From NCBI GenBank assembly GCA_002353525.1, contig DEJV01000005.1:2871-66870 (forward strand): a stretch of 64,000 bases of DNA, written 5' to 3'. Below the pieces are notes generated by a model. The model was not told where the DNA came from, searched no databases, and saw only the letters and a list, made by a program, of their open reading frames with translations. The DNA is from Prevotella sp. UBA2739. Its GTDB lineage: Bacteria > Bacteroidota > Bacteroidia > Bacteroidales > Bacteroidaceae. Shown here one piece after another: positions 49,851-60,355 of the stretch. The position numbers were made by a program, and so were the translations under genes. How positions within the stretch are numbered: the stretch's first letter is position 1; each line of letters opens with the position of its first letter.

Positions 49851-52326
49851 ATCTCTTCCTCCGCCATTCAACGAAGGCCACGCCCAATACAGCCAACAAC
49901 AAGACCACAAATGCAATGTAGGCAATGGTCTCGGTGCGCTCTACCGACTTCGGGTTGAAGCTCAGCTCCACCTGGTGCTTGCCCGCCTTCACGTTCAGGG
50001 CACGCAGGATATAGTTGACACGTCCCAGTTCAGCAGGCTGTCCATCGATAGTAGCGGTCCAGCCAGGATAGTAAATCTCGGAGAAGACCACCACGCCTCC
50101 TTTGTCCGACTGCACATCATAGGTGAGATGGTTGGGCTCGTAGGCTTTGATGGTCACCACGGCATTTTCCTGTGCCACGGCATTGCCCAGCTGGGACTGG
50201 AACTTCTTGTCGGCCACCGCCTCATGGCGCAGGTTCAGTTTGCCAATTCTCTCAATCTCCTCGTTGGCATTGTCAACATAGTCCACCTTATCGACAAACC
50301 ATGCGTTGCCATAGGCATAGGGGTTCTGGATGGGCACCGTCTGTCCTCCCTGCAGGGGCATAATCACATATTTCGTATTCAGCATGTTGAGCACAGGGTA
50401 GAGACTGTCGCCCGGCACCTGTGTCATGTCGCCCTGTGCATCGGCAATGGCGGGCATCAGCTTCTGCATCTCGGGAGCGATGTAGGCCTCAATCATTTCC
50501 TGATAACGGCGCAACTTGGCTGCATGATAGCCGCCAATGCTCTTATGATAGTAGGAGGTCTCGTTCTCGTTGAACGTATTGGAGGCCAGATTCAGCACGC
50601 GATAGTCAAGGCTCTTGTCCTGCAATATCTGCTGGTCGGTAGGAGTCATCGGCTGAGGAGCGTCGCGCTGGCTCTTCTCCACAAACATCTCGTCGTTCAG
50701 ATAGCGTTTGTCAATCTGCCACATGTCGACCAGACAAAGCAGCAAGATTGCTCCCACGGCATAGGCCATCTTTATTTTCTTCGTCAGATAGAGCAACAAC
50801 ACGCCCATGCCTACCACGATGACCCAGAACGAACGCCAGCAGTCGCTGGTAAACATGGCCCGGCGCATTTCACGCAGATTGTCGAGCAATGGAGCCAGCT
50901 GGTCGGCAGGAATCTGACTCATAGCCTGCATCTCGCTGCTCGACACGAAGTCTGAGAAGAACAGCGATGGCATCAGCGCAAACAACGCACAGAAACCGGC
51001 AGTCAGCGCAAACGAGATGGCAAGGGGCTTGTACAGCACCTTCGGGTTTTTCTCCTCCAGCACTTGCTTCAATGCCAGCATGGCCAGCAACGGGATGGTA
51101 AACTCGGCAATGACCAAGATGCTTGCCACCGTGCGGAACTTGGCATACATGGGCACATAGTCGAGGAAGAAATCGGTGAAGCCCATGAAGTTACGACCCC
51201 ACGACAACAGTATCGACAGCACGGTGACCGCCAGAAGGGCCCATTTCATAGGACCTTTCACGATGATCAAGCCTAGAATGAACAGCATCATCACAAATGC
51301 GCCCACATAGACGGGACCGCTGGTGCCGGGCTGCTCGCCCCAATACTGTCCCAGCTGCTGGTAGATCTGAATATAGTTGTTGTCGGCATGCTCCATAGCC
51401 GTCTTGTTCGCTACAAGCGGGAACGAGGCACCGCCCTTCGTGTTCGGTATGAGCAGCGTCCATGTCTCGCCGATGCCATAGCTCCACTGCGTGATATAGT
51501 CGCGGTCCAGTCCGCTGTTGGTCTGGTTGGCGGCATTCTTCTTCACCAGCTCGCTCTTGCCTCGCATCGACTCCTGTCCGTACTGCCATGTATGGTAGAG
51601 GTTCGACAGGTTGATGCAGATGCCCAACAGGGCACCCACGGCACAGGCTGCGGTAGCCTTCATGAAGTGAGCCAGTTGTTTCTTCCGTATCGCATCGACC
51701 AGCCATGCCACGACCATAAAGAAAATGATGAACAGATAGTAGTAGGTCATCTGCACGTGGTTGGCGTTCACCTCGAATGCGGCAAAGATGGCCGTCACGA
51801 TGAGTCCCCACAGGTATTTCCCCCGGTAGGCCAGCACCAGTCCGGCAATCATCGGCGGCAGATAAGCCAGTGCCATCACCTTCCAGATGTGGCCGGCTGC
51901 TATGATAATCAGGAAATAGCTGCTGAACGCCCATATCACAGAACCCAGCGCAGCCAGGTGCCAGCGGAAATCGAAGGCACGCAACAGGATGTAGAAGCCC
52001 AGCAGATAGACAAACAAATACCACACATTCTCGGGCAGCCACAGGTGATAGGCTTTCACCAGCTTGCCCAGACCGTCGGTACTCTTGTACGATGGTGCAG
52101 TCTGGTAAGTGGGCATTCCACCGAATGTAGAGTTGGTCCACCGTGTGGTCTTTCCTGTCTTCTCATGATAAACCGAGGCTTCTTGTCCTGCCCCTCTTCC
52201 CGCACTGGAGTCATGCCGGTAGAGAATGCGTCCCTCTATGTCGGCAGGGAAGAAATAGGCATACGAGATAACCGCAAAAAGCAACACTGCCAGAACATCG
52301 GGCAGGTATCGTTTGATTGTATCCAT
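49846..52326 (-). CDS. YfhO family membrane protein (putative GT-C glycosyltransferase)
   Basis: Many TMs; FGGMPTY, SIGGYHAAKL, SEIYYPGW. Confidence 0.85.
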   Translation of the reverse strand: MDTIKRYLPDVLAVLLFAVISYAYFFPADIEGRILYRHDSSAGRGAGQEASVYHEKTGKTTRWTNSTFGGMPTYQTAPSYKSTDGLGKLVKAYHLWLPENVWYLFVYLLGFYILLRAFDFRWHLAALGSVIWAFSSYFLIIIAAGHIWKVMALAYLPPMIAGLVLAYRGKYLWGLIVTAIFAAFEVNANHVQMTYYYLFIIFFMVVAWLVDAIRKKQLAHFMKATAACAVGALLGICINLSNLYHTWQYGQESMRGKSELVKKNAANQTNSGLDRDYITQWSYGIGETWTLLIPNTKGGASFPLVANKTAMEHADNNYIQIYQQLGQYWGEQPGTSGPVYVGAFVMMLFILGLIIVKGPMKWALLAVTVLSILLSWGRNFMGFTDFFLDYVPMYAKFRTVASILVIAEFTIPLLAMLALKQVLEEKNPKVLYKPLAISFALTAGFCALFALMPSLFFSDFVSSSEMQAMSQIPADQLAPLLDNLREMRRAMFTSDCWRSFWVIVVGMGVLLLYLTKKIKMAYAVGAILLLCLVDMWQIDKRYLNDEMFVEKSQRDAPQPMTPTDQQILQDKSLDYRVLNLASNTFNENETSYYHKSIGGYHAAKLRRYQEMIEAYIAPEMQKLMPAIADAQGDMTQVPGDSLYPVLNMLNTKYVIMPLQGGQTVPIQNPYAYGNAWFVDKVDYVDNANEEIERIGKLNLRHEAVADKKFQSQLGNAVAQENAVVTIKAYEPNHLTYDVQSDKGGVVVFSEIYYPGWTATIDGQPAELGRVNYILRALNVKAGKHQVELSFNPKSVERTETIAYIAFVVLLLAVLGVAFVEWRRKRS

Positions 52327-52427
52327 ATTTTTTATAAACGTTTATAATCTGACTGCAAAAATACAAATAATTATCCATTATCAATTGTCAATTTTCAATT
52401 TATTTGTATCTTTGCACCAAAAAGAAT

Positions 52428-53114
52428 ATGAAAATAGGAATAATCGTAGCCATGGACAAGGAACTGCGCCAGCTACAAGCACTCTTCGGAGAGAATGCAG
52501 GCAACACTCCCCTCACCGCTGAGATTCGTGTAGAGAAATGTGGTATCGGGAAGGTGAATGCTGCCCTGGGAGCCCAGCGCATGATCAACGAGTTTCACCC
52601 CGACGTCATTATCTCCAGTGGTTGTGCCGGCGGCAATGGCGACGACATCAACGTGCAGGATGTTGTGGTGAGTAGCGAACTGTGCTACCACGATGTCTAT
52701 TGTGGTACCGCCATCGACAATGACACCCAGTACGGACAAGTGCAAGGCATGCCTGCCCGCTACAAGGCCGACCCAAAGTTGCTCAACACGGCCCGCCAAT
52801 TATCGTCTGCTCACCATCAATTGTCTATTCACGAGGGACTTATCGTCACTGGCGACTGGTTTGTCGATTCGAAGGAGAAGATGCGCAGCATCATCGGAAA
52901 GTTTCCCGAGGCGAAGGCTGTCGACATGGAGTCGTGTGCCATTGCCCAGACTTGCCACATCAACAACGTGCCGTTCATCTCGTTCCGTGTCATCAGCGAC
53001 ATTCCCCTGCGCGACACCCAAGCCCAGATGTATCATGACTTCTGGAACACAGTAGCCGACCGCTCCTTCCAAGTCACCAAGACATTCGTGGAAGAAATAC
53101 TGAAGAGTGTTTAG
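52428..53114 (+). CDS. mtnN: 5'-methylthioadenosine/S-adenosylhomocysteine nucleosidase
   Basis: MKIGIIVAM, GIGKVNAA, TGDWF, DMES, RVISD; TATCTTTG at 52407. Confidence 0.92.
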   Translation: MKIGIIVAMDKELRQLQALFGENAGNTPLTAEIRVEKCGIGKVNAALGAQRMINEFHPDVIISSGCAGGNGDDINVQDVVVSSELCYHDVYCGTAIDNDTQYGQVQGMPARYKADPKLLNTARQLSSAHHQLSIHEGLIVTGDWFVDSKEKMRSIIGKFPEAKAVDMESCAIAQTCHINNVPFISFRVISDIPLRDTQAQMYHDFWNTVADRSFQVTKTFVEEILKSV

Positions 53115-53151
53115 GGAAATCGCCGGTTGGGAAGCGAAACACCCAGCGTGC

Positions 53152-55350
53152 TCATTCGCCACCCATCCTTCGAATCTCAGAGTCGCCTAGTCTTTTGTTT
53201 TTGCGCACCCTCAGCGACTTGCCGCCCCAGTCCAACCGACAGACTACCGATAGTTCCAGTGTGTGGGCCGATTTGTTGGATATCATTTCGCCACTAACGC
53301 CTGGAGCCATCAGGTGTTGCGTTTGGTGTGGATAGAACCGATAGCCCAACGACACTTTCACTTTGTGGGCAAACCATGATTTATCAAGATGGAGCGAGCC
53401 GCTAAAAAGGCTCGTTCCCTTTGTGGTCAAGCCCCTGCTAGCTGAAACATAAAGCACATTTCCTCGCAACGACCAACCGTGTTGAAGCATTCCACTCATT
53501 GAAACACTACCAACGAATGTGCCTGATAGGACTCGCAACCCACCAAGCTCATTGGTTGAATGGTCATACATCGCATTCATGTTCAATATGAAACTCCCTC
53601 CAACCGTTTTCATAGCCGACAAAGAGAGTGAGAGACTTTGGCTGGAGCCTCCCTGCTCGTAAGTGGAATAAGCCCTATCGGCATCATTTTCCTTTATATA
53701 TAAGGATGTTAACAATGGTGACTTAGCCCAACCTGCTGTCAGCGTAAAATAGTTAAAAACGGTCATACCCGCAGACACTTTGTCCACACATACAGGCTGA
53801 AGATATGGATTTCCTACGGTATAACTAAACTCATCATTCCACGTCTTCACCGGTGCGAGCATATACATAGATGGCATTTTCCACTGACGAACATAAGCGA
53901 GACTCAACTGATGCCCTTTCGCGGCATTCAGCACATATCCCAACCGTACATTCGGGAAACACTCCTTGTATGTTTGCCGAAGGTTACCCTTATTATCGAA
54001 AGAAAAGAGTTGTGAATGAACAGTCTTCCACTCAAAACGAATTCCCAAAGAAACACTAAATTCTTTTCGCTTAAAATCATAGCTTGTATATGCGGCAGAA
54101 GCGGTTTCCTTATATCTGAATTCATGGGCAGCTGCACTCCAGGGATTCTCATGCCCCATTGAAATCAATTGATTGTCATTCTCTAAACAATTACGCCATT
54201 GATTGAAAGCCACTCCTGCCTTAACAACACTCGCACGATTTACTTTTTCTGTCAAATCTGCCTGTCCCTGCCACAGACGATAATGATGATGGATTTGGTA
54301 ATTGCTGCTCCACTGTGAAGGATTATCGCAACGAGACATTTGATTATGCTCAGCATGGTTTTCTTGCGCCCATGTGGCGGCAACCTGCAATTCTCCTTTA
54401 TTCCAGTCGTGCACATAGTCGGCTGCCACATATCCGTCACGGCGGCGGCTTGCTCCCCTTCCTGCCATTTGATAGCTGTCAGCAAGGACTGCATCCTGAG
54501 TCACCGTCACATCCGAACGGTAAATGTCATGCGCAAAAAAACAATCCACGTTTCCTTCTACCGTGAATACATCGTGAGGCGAAAAGTCATAGCCTGCGCC
54601 TATGGTCAGTTTCGGACTCTGCCATCGACGATACGGATGGGCAACTGTCACCACATCCTTATCTGATTGTTCGAACAATTTCTTGTTCGTTCCAGGAGTT
54701 TCCATCCACCGACGACGATAAGACGACATCATATAGGACGACCACTTACCATAACGTAGGTTCATGTTCAGACGCGGAATAGAGACGCCTTGTGCATGCT
54801 CGTTGATATCACTGTCGAGGGTAATCGTGGCATTGCCGCCTTGAAGGTTGGATGCGGAAGTAACATAGAGGATTGCCATACCTGCTTTTTCTGCACTTTG
54901 CTCAGCCCCTCCCCTATTGACAACCCTGATATTTTTAATATTACAAGCACTTTGACTTTTCAGATAATCTATCAGTGCGTCACCACTCATCCTCACTTCT
55001 CTCTTATTTATGTATATCTTTCCTACCTCCATGCCGTTGACGGTTAGCCTGTTTTCCACAATGGTGAATCCTGGCAGCAACTCCAGGGTCTGTTGCAAAT
55101 CCAATGGTTTAAAGAACTTATTGTTCTGGATATTCACTAGATAGCCAGTGGCATCACGAACAATGCTGTTTCCTTTGATTAGTACCTCATGCAGCTGCAG
55201 GCTATCTGCCAAATCATTGGATACAGTGTCACTTACCGACAATGAGACACCTGTTTCCCTACCCTTGAGAGCATGAAATAATAGGGGTTCGGCTTGTAGC
55301 ATTTTAAAAACCATCAAGCACAATAAAAGGGAATACAGGTGCCTCATCAT
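53152..55350 (-). CDS. Outer-membrane beta-barrel protein (TonB-dependent-receptor-like)
   Basis: Signal peptide, LHEVLIKG, plug-like LELLPG, GNPYLQP, beta strands; more AT-rich than neighbours by eye. Confidence 0.75.
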   Translation of the reverse strand: MMRHLYSLLLCLMVFKMLQAEPLLFHALKGRETGVSLSVSDTVSNDLADSLQLHEVLIKGNSIVRDATGYLVNIQNNKFFKPLDLQQTLELLPGFTIVENRLTVNGMEVGKIYINKREVRMSGDALIDYLKSQSACNIKNIRVVNRGGAEQSAEKAGMAILYVTSASNLQGGNATITLDSDINEHAQGVSIPRLNMNLRYGKWSSYMMSSYRRRWMETPGTNKKLFEQSDKDVVTVAHPYRRWQSPKLTIGAGYDFSPHDVFTVEGNVDCFFAHDIYRSDVTVTQDAVLADSYQMAGRGASRRRDGYVAADYVHDWNKGELQVAATWAQENHAEHNQMSRCDNPSQWSSNYQIHHHYRLWQGQADLTEKVNRASVVKAGVAFNQWRNCLENDNQLISMGHENPWSAAAHEFRYKETASAAYTSYDFKRKEFSVSLGIRFEWKTVHSQLFSFDNKGNLRQTYKECFPNVRLGYVLNAAKGHQLSLAYVRQWKMPSMYMLAPVKTWNDEFSYTVGNPYLQPVCVDKVSAGMTVFNYFTLTAGWAKSPLLTSLYIKENDADRAYSTYEQGGSSQSLSLSLSAMKTVGGSFILNMNAMYDHSTNELGGLRVLSGTFVGSVSMSGMLQHGWSLRGNVLYVSASRGLTTKGTSLFSGSLHLDKSWFAHKVKVSLGYRFYPHQTQHLMAPGVSGEMISNKSAHTLELSVVCRLDWGGKSLRVRKNKRLGDSEIRRMGGE

Positions 55351-55387
55351 TTCTTTCACTTCTTTTAATTAAATAGAATACAACTTC

Positions 55388-55468
55388 TCAACAAATATTA
55401 TCATAATTAATCTGATTGGATGCGACCAACAACATCAAAACAGTTAAATAGATTTTTGTTTTCATCAT
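55388..55468 (-). pseudogene. 26-codon ORF with a signal-peptide-like start (possible gene remnant)
   Basis: MMKTKIYLTVLMLLVASNQINYDNIC, read by hand. Confidence 0.3.
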
Positions 55469-55665
55469 TCTTGTTGTTTTTACATTCATAAATTGGTTTG
55501 TCGCCACAAAATTAATCTATACCGTCATTGTTGGTGCTATAATCCCTGTACTAATGCTGTACAGCGAGTGTACATTTTGTGTACATGCCCCAAAACCGCC
55601 TTAAATCGGCAAAAACTGTTTTCTTTTCCTTAGCTTATCCCAAAGATTTTTCTTACTTTTGCAGT

Positions 55666-57240
55666 ATGAAACATGCAGCTATTACGGTTCTATTGACCAT
55701 CATCGTTCTCTTCTCTTGCCAACAATCCTGTCGCTATGACACCCGGTTGCTGGCCATGGACAGTCTGCTCAGATATAACGAAAGCAACTCTTATCTTGAG
55801 ATGAAAAGCAGGATAGACAGCATACGCAACATGCTGAGCAAACTGGAGCCAGACATGAGAAAGGCGGATAAGGAAAACCGGATGTTTTATACTTTGCTCT
55901 GCAACAAAGCCCTGTTGGCATGGCCAGACACCATTCCTGACTCCGACAGCGCCATACAGGCAATAATCAAACACTATGAACACACTGGCAACAAGCAACT
56001 GAAGCTGGAAAGCAGCCTTATTGCCACACGATATTACATGTTGATGCGCAACGATTCTCTTGCCACCCATTATGGCGAGCCAGCATTCGAGCAGGCCATG
56101 CGGGAGGGAGACAGCGAGAAAGCGACAAAGCTTTGCGACATGCTAAATCACTGTTTTATCAGCATGAAACAACAAAGCAGATGTGTTGATCTTGCCAAGA
56201 AACTTCTACACTGGAACGAGCAACGAAGAGACACGCCAGACATTGCCAACAGCCTCGTCAGACTTGCCAATGCATATAGCTACACGAATCATCGTTATGA
56301 CACCAGAACACTTCTCAGAAAAGCCATTCATCTGGGAGAGGAAAGCCGAGACACAAACACGGTTATTAGTGCCAAACTGAATATGGCATTCTTTTTCGTG
56401 ACCAAACACCAATACGACTCTGCCCTTATTTACCTGCGGCCATCGATCAATATCGCAAAAGAAAAAGAACAAACTGGTGGGTTTTACACCCTTGTTGCCA
56501 ATATATATAAAGGTAATGGCATGCTGGATTCTGCAGAGTATTATTTCAACAAAGCCATCAAGCAGGCCATCTCTTCCTCCGAAAAAATCATATCACTTGA
56601 CAATCTCTCTGTCATTGCCCTCAATAGATGGAATATCGAACAAGGACTCTCATTCCGACGTGCCCTTGAGACTTACAGAGACTCTATCAGAAAGGATGAA
56701 GGCAAGAAGAGGCTACAAGTCATCAACCAAGAAAACAACAGATTACGACAAGAGAACAACTCGAACAAGTATTATATCAACATCTTATTGGTAGTGGCAC
56801 TAGCCATGGCCTTTATCTTGTTCGTAATTCTTCTATTTAGGAAAAGAAACAGAACGACAGAACTCAACACAATAGAACCAAATACCCACAATGCACCAAA
56901 CAAAACGATTACACACGCTGCCATCTACCAGCGCATCATGGGCATACTGAATAACGAAAACTCATCACCACTCACTGACGAGGACTGGAAGGAATTAGCA
57001 GAAGCCATCAACGCCTGCCATCCCCATTTTACGGAGAACCTGCATGACCTATGCAAAATGAACGCCCAAGAGTATCACATTTGCCTGTTGCTGAAATGTA
57101 ACATCAGCCCGTCAAACATAGCTCTGCTAACTAATAGAAGTAAAGAGGCTATCACTGCAGCACGTCGCCGTCTATATGAAAGAGCAAAAGGAGGAAAAGG
57201 AACACCTAGTGACTGGGATCTTATCATAAAAGAGATGTAA
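55666..57240 (+). CDS. TPR lipoprotein-like sensor with TM helix and C-terminal HTH (one-component regulator)
   Basis: LFSC lipobox, TPR-like helices, TM helix, EYHICLLLK...IALLTNRS...AARRRLY tail; TACTTTTG a few nt before the ATG. Confidence 0.72.
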   Translation: MKHAAITVLLTIIVLFSCQQSCRYDTRLLAMDSLLRYNESNSYLEMKSRIDSIRNMLSKLEPDMRKADKENRMFYTLLCNKALLAWPDTIPDSDSAIQAIIKHYEHTGNKQLKLESSLIATRYYMLMRNDSLATHYGEPAFEQAMREGDSEKATKLCDMLNHCFISMKQQSRCVDLAKKLLHWNEQRRDTPDIANSLVRLANAYSYTNHRYDTRTLLRKAIHLGEESRDTNTVISAKLNMAFFFVTKHQYDSALIYLRPSINIAKEKEQTGGFYTLVANIYKGNGMLDSAEYYFNKAIKQAISSSEKIISLDNLSVIALNRWNIEQGLSFRRALETYRDSIRKDEGKKRLQVINQENNRLRQENNSNKYYINILLVVALAMAFILFVILLFRKRNRTTELNTIEPNTHNAPNKTITHAAIYQRIMGILNNENSSPLTDEDWKELAEAINACHPHFTENLHDLCKMNAQEYHICLLLKCNISPSNIALLTNRSKEAITAARRRLYERAKGGKGTPSDWDLIIKEM

Positions 57241-57264
57241 CTCAACTTTTCGCAAAAATGAAGC

Positions 57265-57380
57265 AATTCAGAAGTTACAGGAGTTCAGGAGTTGCAGACA
57301 TGAGCATGGTCTGCTTCCTTCTCGAGTCTTGGCATATCAGGCAGTATTGTCTGGACTTCTGAAACTCCTGAACTACAACT
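57265..57380. repeat. Inverted CAGGAGTT arrays (MITE/hairpin-like)
   Basis: caggagttcaggagttgcagaca ... tgtctggacttctgaaactcctgaact. Confidence 0.65.
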
Positions 57381-57476
57381 GCAGTTGGACATATGCGAAA
57401 GTTTAAAGATGTAAAATTGTCCATCAATCCAAGTCTCGGGAGTTCCTTCAAACATAGCAAATAAACAACAATTTCT

Positions 57477-57590
57477 CAATTGTTAATAAATTACACTTCA
57501 ATTTGTTAGCAAATTACACTTCAATTTGTTAACAAATCACATCCTAATTTGTTAACAAATCACATCTTCATTTCTTAACAAATCACTTTG
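57477..57590. repeat. Five 23-bp tandem repeats with palindromic core TTTGTTAACAAA
   Basis: Units start near 57477 and at 57499, 57522, 57545, 57568. Confidence 0.85.
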
Positions 57591-57831
57591 GAGCCCTTTT
57601 CGACCACAAAATCAGTCGAAGACATACACGGAACACAGTGGTTTCTTATATACATCGTATCGTTGCAAATTGTCAATAATCATTCCCAAAAAGTTCGCTG
57701 TTGACAAGAACAACCGAAAAAACCACAAACAAATTGTTTTCACTGTACTTTATAAAAAAGTATTGCGCAATTCAATTATTTATTATATATTTGCAGAGAA
57801 CTTTAAAATTTATCTTATTTTTTTATTAGAC

Positions 57832-58644
57832 ATGGACATATTTAACGCAAGGAACAATGTATTATTATGGAAATGCTTCCTGATTTTGGGTATCTCAATG
57901 ACTATGTGGTCATGTTCTGACGACGACCCAGTGGAAGAAATGCTCCCAGAAATCGAGGATGAGGCTGTGCTAAGAGTAGACTATGCCCACTCGCTGGCCG
58001 ACGCCCAAAATCCCGATGCCTCGAAAGTGTCAACAACGCTCATGCCCATCAGCGACACTAACAAAGACCTGGAATGGAAAACTATCGACGGTAAGCGCAT
58101 GGTACTGGTATGCACCATGATGAATCACAGCAGCCTGCGCTTCTGGGAGGCTACCGACACTTTCCGCCTCTCCAAACAAACGGGCATCTGGGTGACACTG
58201 CCCGCCGACTGGAAACGTCGTGCCAACGAGTATGCCAGAGGCGACTCTCTACACACACGCTACAGAATGATTCAGATGTTAGGCCTCTGGCCTGGATGCG
58301 ACTACGACACGGTGGTGGAGTTCTATGTAGACGCCAGCCGTCTGTTCCGTCCTGCCTTTGACCCCAGCATCAACACAACAACCTGCGGAACGTCATTCCC
58401 TGCATGGGCCGACGAGAACTATACGGTTGGAGAGACTAATTTCCGTGAGTGGTTTGCCTATCAAAGCAGTACAGCATACGTAGGCGATTATGCTTGTCCG
58501 TGGACACAGCTGGGCTATACCTACGACTGGCACCACGGTTCTTCGCGCGAAGGACTGTCGGAGTTTGTGGCCACTTACAACTCGCTGGCACTCATCAAGA
58601 AACGGCAAGGATCATGGACCTTTATCAATAAGGAAGTGAGATAA
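57832..58644 (+). CDS. Hypothetical lipoprotein
   Basis: MWSC-SDDD lipoprotein signal; LFRPA and PWTQLGYTYDW motifs; TATATTTG at 57786. Confidence 0.75.
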   Translation: MDIFNARNNVLLWKCFLILGISMTMWSCSDDDPVEEMLPEIEDEAVLRVDYAHSLADAQNPDASKVSTTLMPISDTNKDLEWKTIDGKRMVLVCTMMNHSSLRFWEATDTFRLSKQTGIWVTLPADWKRRANEYARGDSLHTRYRMIQMLGLWPGCDYDTVVEFYVDASRLFRPAFDPSINTTTCGTSFPAWADENYTVGETNFREWFAYQSSTAYVGDYACPWTQLGYTYDWHHGSSREGLSEFVATYNSLALIKKRQGSWTFINKEVR

Positions 58645-58703
58645 AGGAGAAAACTAAAACTTCATCATCAGACAGACAAGAAGTACAAGAATGATAATTA
58701 TGA

Positions 58704-58737
58704 GCAGGGATATCAGACTGATATTCCTGTTTTCTTT
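58704..58737 (+). terminator. Intrinsic terminator
   Basis: gcagggatatcag-a-ctgatattcctgt followed by tttcttt. Confidence 0.7.
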
Positions 58738-58835
58738 GTCACTGAACTTCCGCTCAGTCATCTCTTCAGGGTCATTATCTGATTGTTGCAAAGACGTCAT
58801 ACATTTGTCACTTTTCACTTCTCACTTGTCACTTT

Positions 58836-59552
58836 TCACTTAGAAAAGCTGAGGCTTTTCACGACTTCACCGCCAATAACCAATCCTGCCGCAGCAGGCA
58901 CAAAGGCATTGCTGGCTGGAATAGAACGGCGCGTGGCAGAGGTTGGAGGTGTTTCGCCTTCAGCATAAGGCAACGGTGTCTCCTCACTATAGACAACCTT
59001 CAGGGAAGGAATGCCCAATTTGCGCAACCGCTTACGGATGATCTTCGCCAGCGGATCCATCTGCGTCTCATTGATGTCGGCCACTCGGAAGGCCGTCGGA
59101 TCCATCTTATTGGCAGCGCCCATGCTGCAGATGATGGGCACATGCTGCTCGTGACAACGCTTTATCAATTCCAACTTGGCGGCAACGGTATCAATACAGT
59201 CCACCACATAGTCGAACTGACTGAGGTCGAGCGTGTCGGCATTCGTGGGCAGGTAGAACATCCGCAGGGGCGTGACGCGACAGTCGGGGTTAATGTCGTG
59301 AATGCGAGAGGCAATGACATCTACCTTGTATTGACCGACGGTGGAATGCAAGGCGATAATCTGCCGATTCAGATTGGTAATATCCACACAGTCGTTATCC
59401 ACAACTGTAAGACTCCCTACCCCACTACGGGCAAGCACCTCAACAACGTATCCACCCACGCCCCCTACACCGAAGACAGCCACATGACTGTCTCGGAGCT
59501 TTTGCATGGCATCATGACCAAACAAGAGTTGGGTGCGCGAGAAGGGACACAT
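58836..59552 (-). CDS. tcdA: tRNA threonylcarbamoyladenosine dehydratase (ThiF family)
   Basis: GVGGVGG, TNLNRQ, VDCID, SMGA, DPLAK, VVYSEE. Confidence 0.88.
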   Translation of the reverse strand: MCPFSRTQLLFGHDAMQKLRDSHVAVFGVGGVGGYVVEVLARSGVGSLTVVDNDCVDITNLNRQIIALHSTVGQYKVDVIASRIHDINPDCRVTPLRMFYLPTNADTLDLSQFDYVVDCIDTVAAKLELIKRCHEQHVPIICSMGAANKMDPTAFRVADINETQMDPLAKIIRKRLRKLGIPSLKVVYSEETPLPYAEGETPPTSATRRSIPASNAFVPAAAGLVIGGEVVKSLSFSK

Positions 59553-59584
59553 CTTATTATAATTAAGAAAGGTGAGCCCAGGGA

Positions 59585-60283
59585 TTAATTATCAGAATAG
59601 CTGAGCGAGGCATACTGCATCATAGCATAGCCGTCAACACTGAAATCGTTGATAATAAACTGCATACGCAGCTTATATGTATTGGGGTTGTAGAATCCTT
59701 GCGAATAGAAACTGGTATAGTTAATGGATAAAGCCTCGGTGAAATTGATGGCTGCCTCATGCTTTTTGTCACCAACCGTGAACGAGAACTCCAGTCTCTT
59801 GTTTTCAGGGATGACATAGAAAAGCTGACTGGACTGTCCGGTGGTATTGTTTTTGAAACTCCAGAAAGCGGTCATCTTTGCGACGAGAGGCATGTCGTCC
59901 ATGGCCTCAAGAGCCTCGCGCAAATCTTTTCTTGCAATAATGGACGCGAACGGCCAGTTGTCATTTTCGTTTTCTACCTCCGGGAAATAGTTCTTCAAAA
60001 TAGATACGGGGAAATCGGCAAAAGTAATGGTTTTGTTGGTGCTCACTGTGCATGGTGCGCTGACGACCACCGAGTCTTGCTCGCCCTTGGCATTTTGGAA
60101 ATACGCTTTCAGGTTGCCGATATGGTAGCCCTGGATGGGAGTGAGATACTGCTGAATTTCGGCCTCGGTCATCGCGGCGGTGGTCACGTCGTCCTGATTG
60201 TCATCGTCACTCAAACAAGATGTGAATGTGAATGCTGCCGTGCACAACAATGCCAGCAGCGCAAATCTAGCTGTTTTTTTCAT
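59585..60283 (-). CDS. Lipoprotein (DUF4840-like)
   Basis: FTSC-LSDDD signal; FPVSIL motif; family call tentative. Confidence 0.65.
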   Translation of the reverse strand: MKKTARFALLALLCTAAFTFTSCLSDDDNQDDVTTAAMTEAEIQQYLTPIQGYHIGNLKAYFQNAKGEQDSVVVSAPCTVSTNKTITFADFPVSILKNYFPEVENENDNWPFASIIARKDLREALEAMDDMPLVAKMTAFWSFKNNTTGQSSQLFYVIPENKRLEFSFTVGDKKHEAAINFTEALSINYTSFYSQGFYNPNTYKLRMQFIINDFSVDGYAMMQYASLSYSDN

Positions 60284-60355
60284 TGTTTCTTTTTTGTTTA
60301 TATTGTTTTGTTCAGCAGATAAACACACATGGGTATGAAAATCTTGCACGGAGCA

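Noticed and set aside
14040-52347. Long antisense ORFs (e.g. 15553-17898, 27051-28403, 32523-34178, 35143-36714, 44729-46870)
   Set aside because: They shadow well-identified genes on the opposite strand, an expected result of GC-biased codon use; no motifs.
57477-57590. Possible CRISPR array (also 11871-11984 and 12965-13052)
   Set aside because: Contiguous tandem units with no unique spacers, and no cas genes in the window.
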